NCBI GenBank assembly: GCA_030606485.1
Contig: JAUWGH010000005.1
Span: 10,129-74,128 of the forward strand
DNA: 64,000 bases
Origin: Promethearchaeota archaeon
GTDB lineage: Archaea; Asgardarchaeota; Lokiarchaeia; Sigyniarchaeales; SOKP01
Reading direction: 5' to 3'
Each line of letters begins with the position of its first letter. Within the stretch, counting starts at the first letter, position 1. Made by a program: the position numbers and the translations under genes. Under the pieces are notes generated by a model that had not been told where the DNA came from, made no database searches, and saw nothing but the letters and a program-made list of their open reading frames with translations. Positions 18,482 to 27,927 of the stretch are shown one piece after another.

Positions 18482-19300
18482 ATGTCTGAGAAAAAAGACG
18501 ATGTATTAATAGATGATTTCGATGAGGTTTTTAAGGAAGATTTTGAAGAAATTGAGGAAGAAGAAGTTGAAGAAGAATTTATTATCCCTGTAGAAGAAAA
18601 GCCGGAGGAGGAAGAAATTGAAGAGATGGATGAGGAGATTAAACAGATGTTTTTAAGTAGTGGAATTCATATTGGGACCAAAATTTTATCCGGCAAGTTG
18701 CGAAAGATTCATCTCGAAAACTATGGGTCATCGAATGACTTCATCTATCGCCAGACCAATTACGGGCTCTACGTTCTCAACATTCGCCGAACTGAAGAAA
18801 GACTTCGCATTGCTGCTAAATGGGTTGCGAAATTTCTATTAGAAGGGAAAGCTAAAAGCGAACAATCTAAGATTATAATATCTTCTGTAAGGAGGTATGG
18901 AAAAGAGCCTATAAGAAAATTTGCGGAAGCATTAGGTCCAAATGTAATTGAAAAGGATGTGAGATTTGTTCCCGGTTCGTTGACTAACCCAATTATGGAG
19001 GCTTACATTAAAAACGTTTCATTAGTAATAATCGTTGATCCACATGCAGATAAACAAGCACTGAAAGAAGCAAGAATAGCACGAATTCCAGTTTTATCGC
19101 TTATTGATACGGATGATGATCTTACTGGAGTAGATTTAGCAATTCCGGCAAATAATCGGGGTAAGAAGGCTCTTGGGTTAGTGTTCTTTTTATTGGCTCG
19201 AGAAATACTCAAGATAATAGGTCAAATAAGAACCGATGAGGAATTTCCATATACTAGAGAGGATTTTGAGTCAAAAATAGTTCCTGTAATGCGCGATTAA
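18482..19300 (+). CDS. rps2: ribosomal protein uS2 with acidic N-terminal extension
   Basis: Core motifs GIHIGT, YVLNIRRTEERLRIAAK and DPHADKQALKEARIARIPVLSLIDTDDD. The first ~55 aa are E/D-rich. Confidence 0.9.
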   Translation: MSEKKDDVLIDDFDEVFKEDFEEIEEEEVEEEFIIPVEEKPEEEEIEEMDEEIKQMFLSSGIHIGTKILSGKLRKIHLENYGSSNDFIYRQTNYGLYVLNIRRTEERLRIAAKWVAKFLLEGKAKSEQSKIIISSVRRYGKEPIRKFAEALGPNVIEKDVRFVPGSLTNPIMEAYIKNVSLVIIVDPHADKQALKEARIARIPVLSLIDTDDDLTGVDLAIPANNRGKKALGLVFFLLAREILKIIGQIRTDEEFPYTREDFESKIVPVMRD

Positions 19301-19336
19301 AATAATTTTGATAAATAATATTATTTGTAAATTAAT

Positions 19337-20119
19337 TTGAAAAAAAAAAAAATTAGTTTTTCTGGGAAAGGTGGAGTTGGAAAATCTACTCTTTCAATTT
19401 TTTTTTTAAAATATCTCATTAATAATTATCCCGACTTTGAAATATTAGTCATTGATGCCGATCCCGATTCAAACATAGCCGATCTTTTAGGAATGGAGGT
19501 TCCTTTTAAAGATACGGTGGGTGGAATTACTACCAAGCTAAAGCATCAAATGGCAAACAGGGGTTTACCTCCGGGTATGTCTAAAAATCAAATGTTAGAA
19601 GCGGAAATTTACGATTCACTAATAGAAGAGGACAATTTTGATTTAATGGTAATGGGAAGGAGCGAGGGGGAGGGATGTTATTGTTATATTAACTCAATTT
19701 TAAAGACTATTCTTGATGACATCTCGAAAAATTATTCGATCACAATTTTGGATATGCCGGCTGGACTTGAGCATTTTGCAAGAAAAACTGATAAAGATGT
19801 GGATGATTTGGTTATTGTGACTGACCCCAGTAAGATGAGTTTTCATACAATGAATAGAATTATCGAAATCACTGATGAATTATCGTTAGAGTTTAAAAAT
19901 ATCTGGGTTATCGGAAACAGATTTTCAGACGGAATTAAATCACTTTTAGAAGGAGAGGTCACAAAAATTCACAAAAAAAATGTTAATTTATTAGGTTTTA
20001 TTCCCGAAGATGATGAGATTGGTGAATTTAATTTTATGGGAACGTCGATCTTGGAATTAAAAGAAAACAATAAGGCATTTTTAGAATTTAGTAATATTAT
20101 ATCTAAAATTTTAAAATAA
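19337..20119 (+). CDS. cooC: CooC/AcsF-type nickel-insertion accessory ATPase
   Basis: TTG start. P-loop GKGGVGKST and the CxC metal motif GEGCYCYIN. Confidence 0.8.
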   Translation: MKKKKISFSGKGGVGKSTLSIFFLKYLINNYPDFEILVIDADPDSNIADLLGMEVPFKDTVGGITTKLKHQMANRGLPPGMSKNQMLEAEIYDSLIEEDNFDLMVMGRSEGEGCYCYINSILKTILDDISKNYSITILDMPAGLEHFARKTDKDVDDLVIVTDPSKMSFHTMNRIIEITDELSLEFKNIWVIGNRFSDGIKSLLEGEVTKIHKKNVNLLGFIPEDDEIGEFNFMGTSILELKENNKAFLEFSNIISKILK

Positions 20120-20140
20120 ATAAAACGTATAGGTTTTATT

Positions 20141-21484
20141 ATGACTGAAGAATCTATTCTTAATGAAATTGAATCTAATCGAGAGGAATATATAAAGTTT
20201 TTACAGCGATTAATTCAAATTAATACATATAATCCTCCAGGAAACGAAAAGGATTTGGCTGTTGAGATTGAAAAATATTTGAAAGAAGCCGGTATTGAAA
20301 GTGAGATTTTTACTTTTGGAGATAATCGAGCTAATTTAATCGCCACATTAAATGATAATTTTGATGGCCCTAATCTTCTTTATAATGGGCATATGGATAC
20401 GGTCCCTCCTTCCTCCTTGGATGATTGGAAATATGATCCTCTTTCTGGTTTCATTAAAAGAAACAAGATAATGTATGGGCGTGGAACTACGGATATGAAG
20501 TCAGGATTAGCAGGAATGATCATTGCTTTAAAAATACTCAAAAAATTAAATATAAATCTATCGGGCAATTTAATTTTAAATGCAGTTGCAGATGAGGAAG
20601 TCGGAGGTAAATTAGGAACTAAATGGTGCTTAGATAATAAATTAAAATCGATCAGATGTGATTTTGGAATTGTTGGGGAATCAACAGGTTATAGTCCCTT
20701 ACCAAAAGCGATCATTGTAGGGGAAAAAGGTATTTTACAAGTAAAAGTAGTCACAAATGGCGTTGCGTGTCATAGTTCAATATCTTTTCAGGGGAAAAAT
20801 GCAATTTATATGATGTCAGAGATAATTCAAAATTTAGATAAGATCAAAATTCCTGAAGTTGCTCCTCCGATGCCAGAAAGTAAATTATTAAAACTCTTAA
20901 GTTCGGCTTTCCCAAATGAAGAGATTTTTAATAGAATTTATAATGAACAACCACAATTGGAAAGTATCGTGAAATCACTTTTGCAATCAACAAAAAGTAT
21001 GAATATAATAAAAGGGGGGGTAAAAGAAAATGTTGTTCCAGATTATTGTGAATCAATTATAGATTTTAGGTTGTTACCAGGTCAAAAACCAGAAGTGATT
21101 ATTAATGCATTAAAAAAATTGATTACAGATATTGGATATAAAATTAAAGATAGTCCTAAAGGAGATCCAAACGAAGTTTTTGTTTATTTAGAAATTTTTA
21201 ATATAGCAGAACCTTCATATTGGAAAGATTGGGAGGATTCTCAAGAAATAAAAGACTTTTTTAGTTTAGTAGAGAAAATCTATAGAAAAAAACCAATATA
21301 CTTTTTATTTCCAGGAACAACAGATGCTCAATATTATCGTAATAGCAATTTTTGTCAAAAAGTAATAAATTTTGGTCCTGGAAATGCTGCAACAATGCAC
21401 GCTATAAATGAAAATTTGGAGATTCAAGATTTTATTAATGCTATTAAAGTTTATACTCTATGGGCTTATAATTTCCTAAAATAA
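20141..21484 (+). CDS. M20-family metallopeptidase / deacylase (ArgE/DapE-like)
   Basis: 447 aa. NGHMDTVP, GRGTTDMKSG, ADEEVGG. Confidence 0.85.
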   Translation: MTEESILNEIESNREEYIKFLQRLIQINTYNPPGNEKDLAVEIEKYLKEAGIESEIFTFGDNRANLIATLNDNFDGPNLLYNGHMDTVPPSSLDDWKYDPLSGFIKRNKIMYGRGTTDMKSGLAGMIIALKILKKLNINLSGNLILNAVADEEVGGKLGTKWCLDNKLKSIRCDFGIVGESTGYSPLPKAIIVGEKGILQVKVVTNGVACHSSISFQGKNAIYMMSEIIQNLDKIKIPEVAPPMPESKLLKLLSSAFPNEEIFNRIYNEQPQLESIVKSLLQSTKSMNIIKGGVKENVVPDYCESIIDFRLLPGQKPEVIINALKKLITDIGYKIKDSPKGDPNEVFVYLEIFNIAEPSYWKDWEDSQEIKDFFSLVEKIYRKKPIYFLFPGTTDAQYYRNSNFCQKVINFGPGNAATMHAINENLEIQDFINAIKVYTLWAYNFLK

Positions 21485-21535
21485 AAATTATATTAGTAAT
21501 TTATTTTGGATTTCAGAGTATTTTCCGAATATAAA

Positions 21536-22924
21536 TTAATTTGAATTTATGTAATTTACAATTTCTTTTCTTTTTTTAAGAGATTTTTTTGCAGCATTTT
21601 TAATCATAATTTCCATTTGTTCGTAGTCTTCCGGAGTTTTTTCTCCGATCTGCTTTTTTATTTTAGTGTAAGCAGATTCTCTAAATCTTGGAAGAATTGT
21701 TGCAGACTTTTTATCTGCAAATATAAATTTCACTTCATTTGATTCATCAACAAGACCAATCTCAGAACATTTAATGCCAATATCTTTTAAATCATTGATT
21801 ATATTTTCGCTTATCTTTTCATCACAATATATCAGAAGTGAATCTAACGATATACCTAAATAATCTACTCCCGTTTTATTTAGAAGATCTAAGACTCTGG
21901 GATTCACTAATTCTTTTACTTTTTTCTCTTGAATTAATACCCCGCATTTTGCTTCATAATTAATCTCATATAGATCTCCTCTCAAACCTCCATTAGTCAC
22001 ATCACACATGCAATGGATCTTATCTGTGTAATCAGAAGACAACAATTTCTCACACGCTTTTAAGAATTTAATATTCAGAGTTTCCTTAACAACCTCATGA
22101 TTACCTGAGTAAATCGCAGTAGTTGTGATCGTTCCACCTCCAGCTCCCTCAGTCATTAATATTTTATTGCCGGGAATTATATTTCGTCTAGCTAAAATTT
22201 TTTTACACACACCTACTGCAGCTATTCCCCCCACAAGCCGATCTCCAATTACCATATCACCCCCAATTCTTAAAGTAGACCCTGCAGTTATAGGAACATT
22301 AGTTAATTCGGAAATTGTCGAGATACCAGCCATAAAATCAAACAATTTGCTAATATCTGCGTCATCTCCTAGATGAACATCTACCATAATTGAAATCGGT
22401 TTTGCTCCTTTAACGTATAAATCTCGAAGTGCAGCCCTTGTTACATGAAATCCGCAAATAAATGGAAAATCACTTAATCGAGAGTGAATCCCTTCCATTT
22501 TCGAAACAATTAATACATCTGAACTGGTGAATTTTTTTCCTCTGAAATCACTATAATTCCCCAATTGAATTGCCCCAGCATCATCAAGAGAAGTGGGCGC
22601 TAAAAATGCCTTACTTTTCGTAATAGAAAGCTCAGCTATTAATTTATGCACAAAAAAATCTCCTAGACCCCTACACCCAACTCCTTGTTTTCCAATTGAA
22701 ACATTAGCTGTAGGAATTTCGAGTAGATTTTTAATAAATTTATTTCTTATCGAATTTGTATCACTCTTTACACATTCTTCATAGATTGCATTTGATAATA
22801 ATTCTGCATCTTGAGAAGATATATTTTTGTAATCAAGATATTCTTGCTTTAATCTTTCAATGATTTCAATTTTAGAATTTTGTTTTTTAAGTAAATTTCT
22901 TGTAAGACCTTCTAAATCACTCAT
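21536..22924 (-). CDS. AIR-synthase-related (PurM/HypE/ThiL superfamily) protein
   Basis: 462 aa. SLDDAGAIQL N-domain motif and G-rich ATP-binding segments (GGDMVIGDRLVGG, EGAGGGT). Divergent from the beta-RFAP synthase gene. Confidence 0.65.
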   Translation of the reverse strand: MSDLEGLTRNLLKKQNSKIEIIERLKQEYLDYKNISSQDAELLSNAIYEECVKSDTNSIRNKFIKNLLEIPTANVSIGKQGVGCRGLGDFFVHKLIAELSITKSKAFLAPTSLDDAGAIQLGNYSDFRGKKFTSSDVLIVSKMEGIHSRLSDFPFICGFHVTRAALRDLYVKGAKPISIMVDVHLGDDADISKLFDFMAGISTISELTNVPITAGSTLRIGGDMVIGDRLVGGIAAVGVCKKILARRNIIPGNKILMTEGAGGGTITTTAIYSGNHEVVKETLNIKFLKACEKLLSSDYTDKIHCMCDVTNGGLRGDLYEINYEAKCGVLIQEKKVKELVNPRVLDLLNKTGVDYLGISLDSLLIYCDEKISENIINDLKDIGIKCSEIGLVDESNEVKFIFADKKSATILPRFRESAYTKIKKQIGEKTPEDYEQMEIMIKNAAKKSLKKRKEIVNYINSN

Positions 22925-23018
22925 TTTTGTTTCACAAATTTAATAAACTTAAAAATTAATGATATGCTAGAATATTTGATAGTAGTTATTTATTTTTGTC
23001 AATTGCCTCGGTGAAGTT

Positions 23019-24029
23019 ATAATCAAAATCACTATAAAAACCCCGTGTAGGGTACACTTCTCTTTAATTGATGAGAATGGGTATACTGGCAGAATTGATG
23101 GTGGAATTGGTCTTATGTTAGAATCCCCTAATATTGTGATAGAGGTTTCAGATAATTCTGATGGGTTAAAAATTGAAATTGATGAACCTCATGATGGATT
23201 TTTAACAACCATTAAAGAAAAAACTGAGGCGATAACAAATGCTCTTAATGTTAAAAATAAGAATTACCATTTCATAATTAAGGAATATTATCCAGAACAT
23301 TTAGGAATTGGATCAAAAACTCAATTAAGCTTAGCAATCGGTTTAGCAATAGCTAAATTAGAAGGGGCAAATTTACCCATAGAAAAGATTACCAAAATAG
23401 TTGGGAGAGGAGGTACATCCGGAATTGGGTGGAGGGGTTTTGAACAAGGTGGTTTTATCTTAGATGCGGGGCACGATTTCGGTAATGGAAAAGAGAAAGA
23501 AACTTACTTACCTTCTTCAGCCTCTTCATCAGCAAATCCAGCTTTAACTCTCATTAGATACCCTATTCCTGAGAATTGGAGGTTTGTAGTAATTCTTCCT
23601 AAAGTAAAACAAGGAGCTCATAACCAAGAAGAAGTAAATATTTTCCAAGAATTTGCGCCCATTAATCGAGAAGAAGTTAATGAAGTTTCCCATCAAATTA
23701 TCATGAAAATTTTACCGGGATTAATAAAAAACGATTTAAATTGCTTTGGACAAGGAATAAAACGGATTCAAAAAATTGGTTTCAAGAAAATCGAAATAGA
23801 ATTACAAGATCTAATCGTTAAAAAACTAATGAAATTTTTAGAAGCCGAAGGAGTAAAAGCTTATGGAATGTCCTCTTTTGGACCATGCATAGTTGCAATT
23901 ACTGAAAATGATGAGTCTGCAAACATTTTAAAACCTAAATGTGAAGAATTTCTTAAAGACTTCGGAGGCACTGTGATAATTGCAAAACCTAATAATACTG
24001 GAGCAGAAATAAAAATTGAAGAAGAATAA
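23019..24029 (+). CDS. mptG: beta-ribofuranosylaminobenzene 5'-phosphate (beta-RFAP) synthase, GHMP-kinase fold; ATA/ATC start proposed
   Basis: The track ORF starts at ATG 23115, but the frame is open from 22986 and reads IIKITIKTPCRVHFSLIDENGYTGRIDGGIGLMLESP. That is the conserved family N-terminus (TPsRlHf.liD...GR.dGGiG). GGTGA lies at 23010-23014. GHMP motif is HLGIGSKTQLSLAIG. Confidence 0.75.
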   Translation: MIKITIKTPCRVHFSLIDENGYTGRIDGGIGLMLESPNIVIEVSDNSDGLKIEIDEPHDGFLTTIKEKTEAITNALNVKNKNYHFIIKEYYPEHLGIGSKTQLSLAIGLAIAKLEGANLPIEKITKIVGRGGTSGIGWRGFEQGGFILDAGHDFGNGKEKETYLPSSASSSANPALTLIRYPIPENWRFVVILPKVKQGAHNQEEVNIFQEFAPINREEVNEVSHQIIMKILPGLIKNDLNCFGQGIKRIQKIGFKKIEIELQDLIVKKLMKFLEAEGVKAYGMSSFGPCIVAITENDESANILKPKCEEFLKDFGGTVIIAKPNNTGAEIKIEEE

Positions 24030-24420
24030 CACTGAAGAAAAAATTAAAATTCATTTTGCAAAAGATCTTACGGATAAAGAAAGGGCAACATTTGAGACAG
24101 GTATTAAATTAGGTGCCCTTTATCACATTTTATGCGGAATTCCTATTAATACAAATGAAAATGTCATTAAATCGATTGAAAATGGTATAGAACAAGCAAT
24201 ATCTTGTCAACCTTACGTAAAATCTGTAAAAATAAACCTCAGAAGAGAAAATTTAAAAGGAAAAAAAGAAAATGAATTCGATTACGATGAAATCTCTGGT
24301 AAAACAATAGAAGCTGACCTAGTAGTTCAATTTAAGAAGGTTGAAGTTAAAGCAAAAATAAAATGGATAGAAGATTTTGAATACCCCTTGATGTATATTG
24401 CAGAACTAAATGAACTTTAA
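24016..24420 (+). CDS. mptD: archaeal-type dihydroneopterin aldolase family protein (MptD-like)
   Basis: 134 aa with a TTG start overlapping the upstream gene by 14 nt. ERATFETGIKLGALYH motif. Confidence 0.6.
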   Translation: MKKNNTEEKIKIHFAKDLTDKERATFETGIKLGALYHILCGIPINTNENVIKSIENGIEQAISCQPYVKSVKINLRRENLKGKKENEFDYDEISGKTIEADLVVQFKKVEVKAKIKWIEDFEYPLMYIAELNEL

Positions 24421-24425
24421 TTTCT

Positions 24426-25667
24426 TTAAGTATTTGATGAATATTTATCTAACACATAGACACGATCATTTTCCTTGACAGGAATATCAACTAATATTCC
24501 AATGGTTAATCGATTATCTTTTGATGCTACTGGAGTTTCTGTTACAACCTTTTTCTTAATTTGAAGTGATGATATCTTTTGTCGAAGATAAGTATCGGTT
24601 TTTATTCCCATTATAATTATCTCATCTCCCACTTTTAATTGACCCCATGTAAGTAATATCTTTGCTGCTTTTTTCTTTCGAAAATAACTAAGAACACGCC
24701 CAATTTCCCTTTTTCTAAACTCTGAAACATTTCCAGATGTCTCGCGTTCAATTTCAGTGACTTGGGGTTGACCGAAATAAAACCCCGTAGAAAACCCTCT
24801 ATTATATACTTTATTCAATTCCTTTAACCAGTTTTTTACCTTTTCCTCTGTGAAAGTTCCAGCATAATGTGAGTCTATTGCTTCCCGATAACATTTTGAA
24901 GTTATCTCCACATAAAGTGCATCGCGCATTCTACCCTCAATCTTAAAAGCATCAATATTGGCCTCAATAAGCTGTGGAATATATTCAATCATGCATAAAT
25001 CTTTTGTATTCAAAAAATAAACTCCATCGTAAATAAAACTTTTACCAGTATCATCAGTGACAATCCAACTCCTCCTACAAGGTTGTATACACTTTCCCCT
25101 ATTAGCGGAGAATTCAGATGATTCTAAAACATCGGCTGAGAAATAACATCTTCCTGATATTGAAGTGCATTGTGCCCCATGTACAAAGGTCTCGATTTCT
25201 GCCTTCTTTAATTTCAGTTTAATTTCTTTTATTTGCTTAAGGGAGAGTTCTCTAGCAAGTATAAGCCTATTCGCCCCTAAACTTTCATAATATTTTGCAG
25301 ATATAGAATTTGATATACTTGCTTGTGTTGAAATATGAAAATCAAGGTTTCTTTCTTTTGCTAATTCGATTGCACCTACATCATGAACAATAACCGCGTC
25401 AATTTCTGCGGCTGCAGCCTTATCTAAAACCTGCGCAAGTGTTTCTATTTCATTTTCGTAAATAATAATATTGGTTGTTAGATACGTTTGAATATTATTT
25501 TCATGGCAAAATTTAACAACCTTTGGTAATTCTTCCAATTTAAAATTGTCTGCCATCATTCGCATGTTTAAAATTTCGATTCCGAAATAAACAGCATCAG
25601 CATTGCCCAGCATTGCTTTAAGAGATTTCCAATTCTTTGCGGGGCACATTAATTCTACTCTACTCAT
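24426..25667 (-). CDS. peptidase U32 family protein
   Basis: 413 aa. MCPAKN...GNADAVYFG N-terminus and ETFVHGAQCTSISGRCYFS. Confidence 0.8.
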   Translation of the reverse strand: MSRVELMCPAKNWKSLKAMLGNADAVYFGIEILNMRMMADNFKLEELPKVVKFCHENNIQTYLTTNIIIYENEIETLAQVLDKAAAAEIDAVIVHDVGAIELAKERNLDFHISTQASISNSISAKYYESLGANRLILARELSLKQIKEIKLKLKKAEIETFVHGAQCTSISGRCYFSADVLESSEFSANRGKCIQPCRRSWIVTDDTGKSFIYDGVYFLNTKDLCMIEYIPQLIEANIDAFKIEGRMRDALYVEITSKCYREAIDSHYAGTFTEEKVKNWLKELNKVYNRGFSTGFYFGQPQVTEIERETSGNVSEFRKREIGRVLSYFRKKKAAKILLTWGQLKVGDEIIIMGIKTDTYLRQKISSLQIKKKVVTETPVASKDNRLTIGILVDIPVKENDRVYVLDKYSSNT

Positions 25668-25779
25668 TACTACTCTAATTTATAATTATTTCCTCTCTAA
25701 TTAAATATGTTGCTTTTATAATTCTTAAAAGATAATAATTTCAATTTTAAAATTGTAAAATTAGTATTATGGAATTTTT

Positions 25780-26469
25780 TCAATTAAATTTTATATTTTT
25801 TTCTATATAACTCACTATAAAATCCATAGTTTCTATTGCTTTATCATTTTTAGCAAAATTTTTAATTTGTTCATTATAATACAATATCTTATCATAGATT
25901 TTTTCATACATTTCCTTATTTTCTTTTTTAACTGCAATTTTTAACCTTGTTGCGAGAATAATTGATTCAAGAGCAAGATTTTCAGCCCGGTTTTTAAGAT
26001 GAAATGATTCTTGTATCTTTATAAAATCAATAATTTTAAAATTGGCTTGGAGAACATTATTTTCCCCAAGATGAGTGGCTTTAGTTATTATTTTGTGCTC
26101 ATTCAACTTCCCAAAAATTACTCCCCACGATTCCTTTAAGTAAGGAATTTCATCTTTAAAATCATAATAGGAATCTGGAAATTCTCTTTTAGTTTGACCC
26201 AAATTCTCACCCAATAACGCGGCCTGTGCATAGAAATAAATATTATCAACAAAATTGATTGAAACATATGTAAATTTAATCAAATTCTTATATGTATCTG
26301 TCTCAAGATACGGAGTCATCTGAAATGTATTATTATCAAGGAATTTAACGCCCATACAAGCAGAATTGGGTAAAATAATTTTTTCCTTTTCTAATTTTGT
26401 AAGAGTTACAGCAATTGCTTCGTATAGACGATTAAAGTTAATTCCGAATAATTCTTTAATGCTGCTCAT
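25780..26469 (-). CDS. DUF447-like (split-barrel) protein
   Basis: 229 aa. The N-terminal pattern LFG...YEAIAVT...PNSACMGV...TYKNL...SINFVDN resembles DUF447 as I remember it. Confidence 0.4.
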   Translation of the reverse strand: MSSIKELFGINFNRLYEAIAVTLTKLEKEKIILPNSACMGVKFLDNNTFQMTPYLETDTYKNLIKFTYVSINFVDNIYFYAQAALLGENLGQTKREFPDSYYDFKDEIPYLKESWGVIFGKLNEHKIITKATHLGENNVLQANFKIIDFIKIQESFHLKNRAENLALESIILATRLKIAVKKENKEMYEKIYDKILYYNEQIKNFAKNDKAIETMDFIVSYIEKNIKFN

Positions 26470-26523
26470 AGTTCAATTTATTTAAAAATGAAATATATAA
26501 AAAAGTTGTTTATTTAAAATTAT

Positions 26524-27849
26524 TTATTTTTTAATCAATGATTCGAGTCTTTTTGTAAATATTTTTTCTGTTGCATCCATTTCAGGTACAACATTTTTAA
26601 GCACGCCAATCCAAAAGAAGGGAATAAGAATCCAAAAGAAAATTGATATTAACATTCCATAAACAAAACCAAATGTATCAGCAAAAATCGAACCGATCAA
26701 GGGGCCTATAGCTCTTCCAATAATATCAAAGAAATTAGAGGTTGCAAGCACTGTCCCACGATGTTCAGGAAGGTTTAAATCTACGACCGTTGCATACCAA
26801 TTACCATTTACAGCGCCATTTATAAATATTCCAATCATGAACAATATTAACCAAATTAGAATTCCGGGCATTAAATCCGGAGCTCTAAATGGTATAATTA
26901 AAGCAATGAAGATAAATGGAATAGGAACTATATTTCCCAATAATGCAAGTTTTACACGTGCTTTTTTGCTGCCTTTTTTGAATTGTTTATCTCCAATAAA
27001 ACCAAATACTATAGTCCCAATTAGTGTGGCAAGTAGAATGAGTATTAAATAAATCAAAGTTACATCAGAAGAAATCCCATGATAGTCTTCCATATAAGCA
27101 AAGAGCAAAAATAATATAATACCAGTGGGAATTGTATCAACGAAATTAATAATTAACCAAATATTGGCTTTCTTTTTAAAGATTACTTTCAGGTCAGAAA
27201 AATTTATCCTATATGTATATTCCAATGCATCTTTTTCAAGCATATATGAATAATCTCTGCCAGCTCGAGATGGTTCTCTGAAAAAAATAAAGAGTAGAGC
27301 ACTAATAAACCCGGCAATGCCTATAATTGAATAAGAAATACGCCAATCAATATTACCTAGAAATGTTGCTAAACCCGTTCCGACGACCATTCCTATTAAC
27401 GATGATATTGAAAAGAAAGAGAAACCCTTAGATCGATCCTCTTTAGAGACAATATCACCAATCAATGAGAAGATACACGGAATCAGAGCGCCATATCCAA
27501 TTCCTGTCATGATAGTTAAGAAGAGAAACAAAAAATATCCATTCAAATCTGGCGGAATGAAGATAGTAATAAATGAAAATATTGAAAAAATTATCGTTCC
27601 AATGAAAACAATCCATTTTCTTATTATTTTATCTGCTAAAAAGCCAAATATTAACATTGCTATTCCTGTTAAGATAGTAAATGAAAATGTGAGTATTCCT
27701 AAGGGAGTAGTATTTCCTCCAAATCCAAAATAGTTTGAAATAATGAGGAGATTTGGAGAAATCATATTTGAAATGGATGAAATTAACGTAACGATCGTTA
27801 TAAACAAAATTATTGATAAAATGGGGATATTTTTTGAATTAGCATTCAT
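26524..27849 (-). CDS. MFS transporter
   Basis: 441 aa, about 12 TM segments, central cytoplasmic loop. Confidence 0.8.
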   Translation of the reverse strand: MNANSKNIPILSIILFITIVTLISSISNMISPNLLIISNYFGFGGNTTPLGILTFSFTILTGIAMLIFGFLADKIIRKWIVFIGTIIFSIFSFITIFIPPDLNGYFLFLFLTIMTGIGYGALIPCIFSLIGDIVSKEDRSKGFSFFSISSLIGMVVGTGLATFLGNIDWRISYSIIGIAGFISALLFIFFREPSRAGRDYSYMLEKDALEYTYRINFSDLKVIFKKKANIWLIINFVDTIPTGIILFLLFAYMEDYHGISSDVTLIYLILILLATLIGTIVFGFIGDKQFKKGSKKARVKLALLGNIVPIPFIFIALIIPFRAPDLMPGILIWLILFMIGIFINGAVNGNWYATVVDLNLPEHRGTVLATSNFFDIIGRAIGPLIGSIFADTFGFVYGMLISIFFWILIPFFWIGVLKNVVPEMDATEKIFTKRLESLIKK

Positions 27850-27927
27850 ACTATTAATTTAATTAGGATTGTATAAAAAGATTCAATTTGATTAAAAACA
27901 AGTTCTAATTTCCAAATTTAAACTCTT

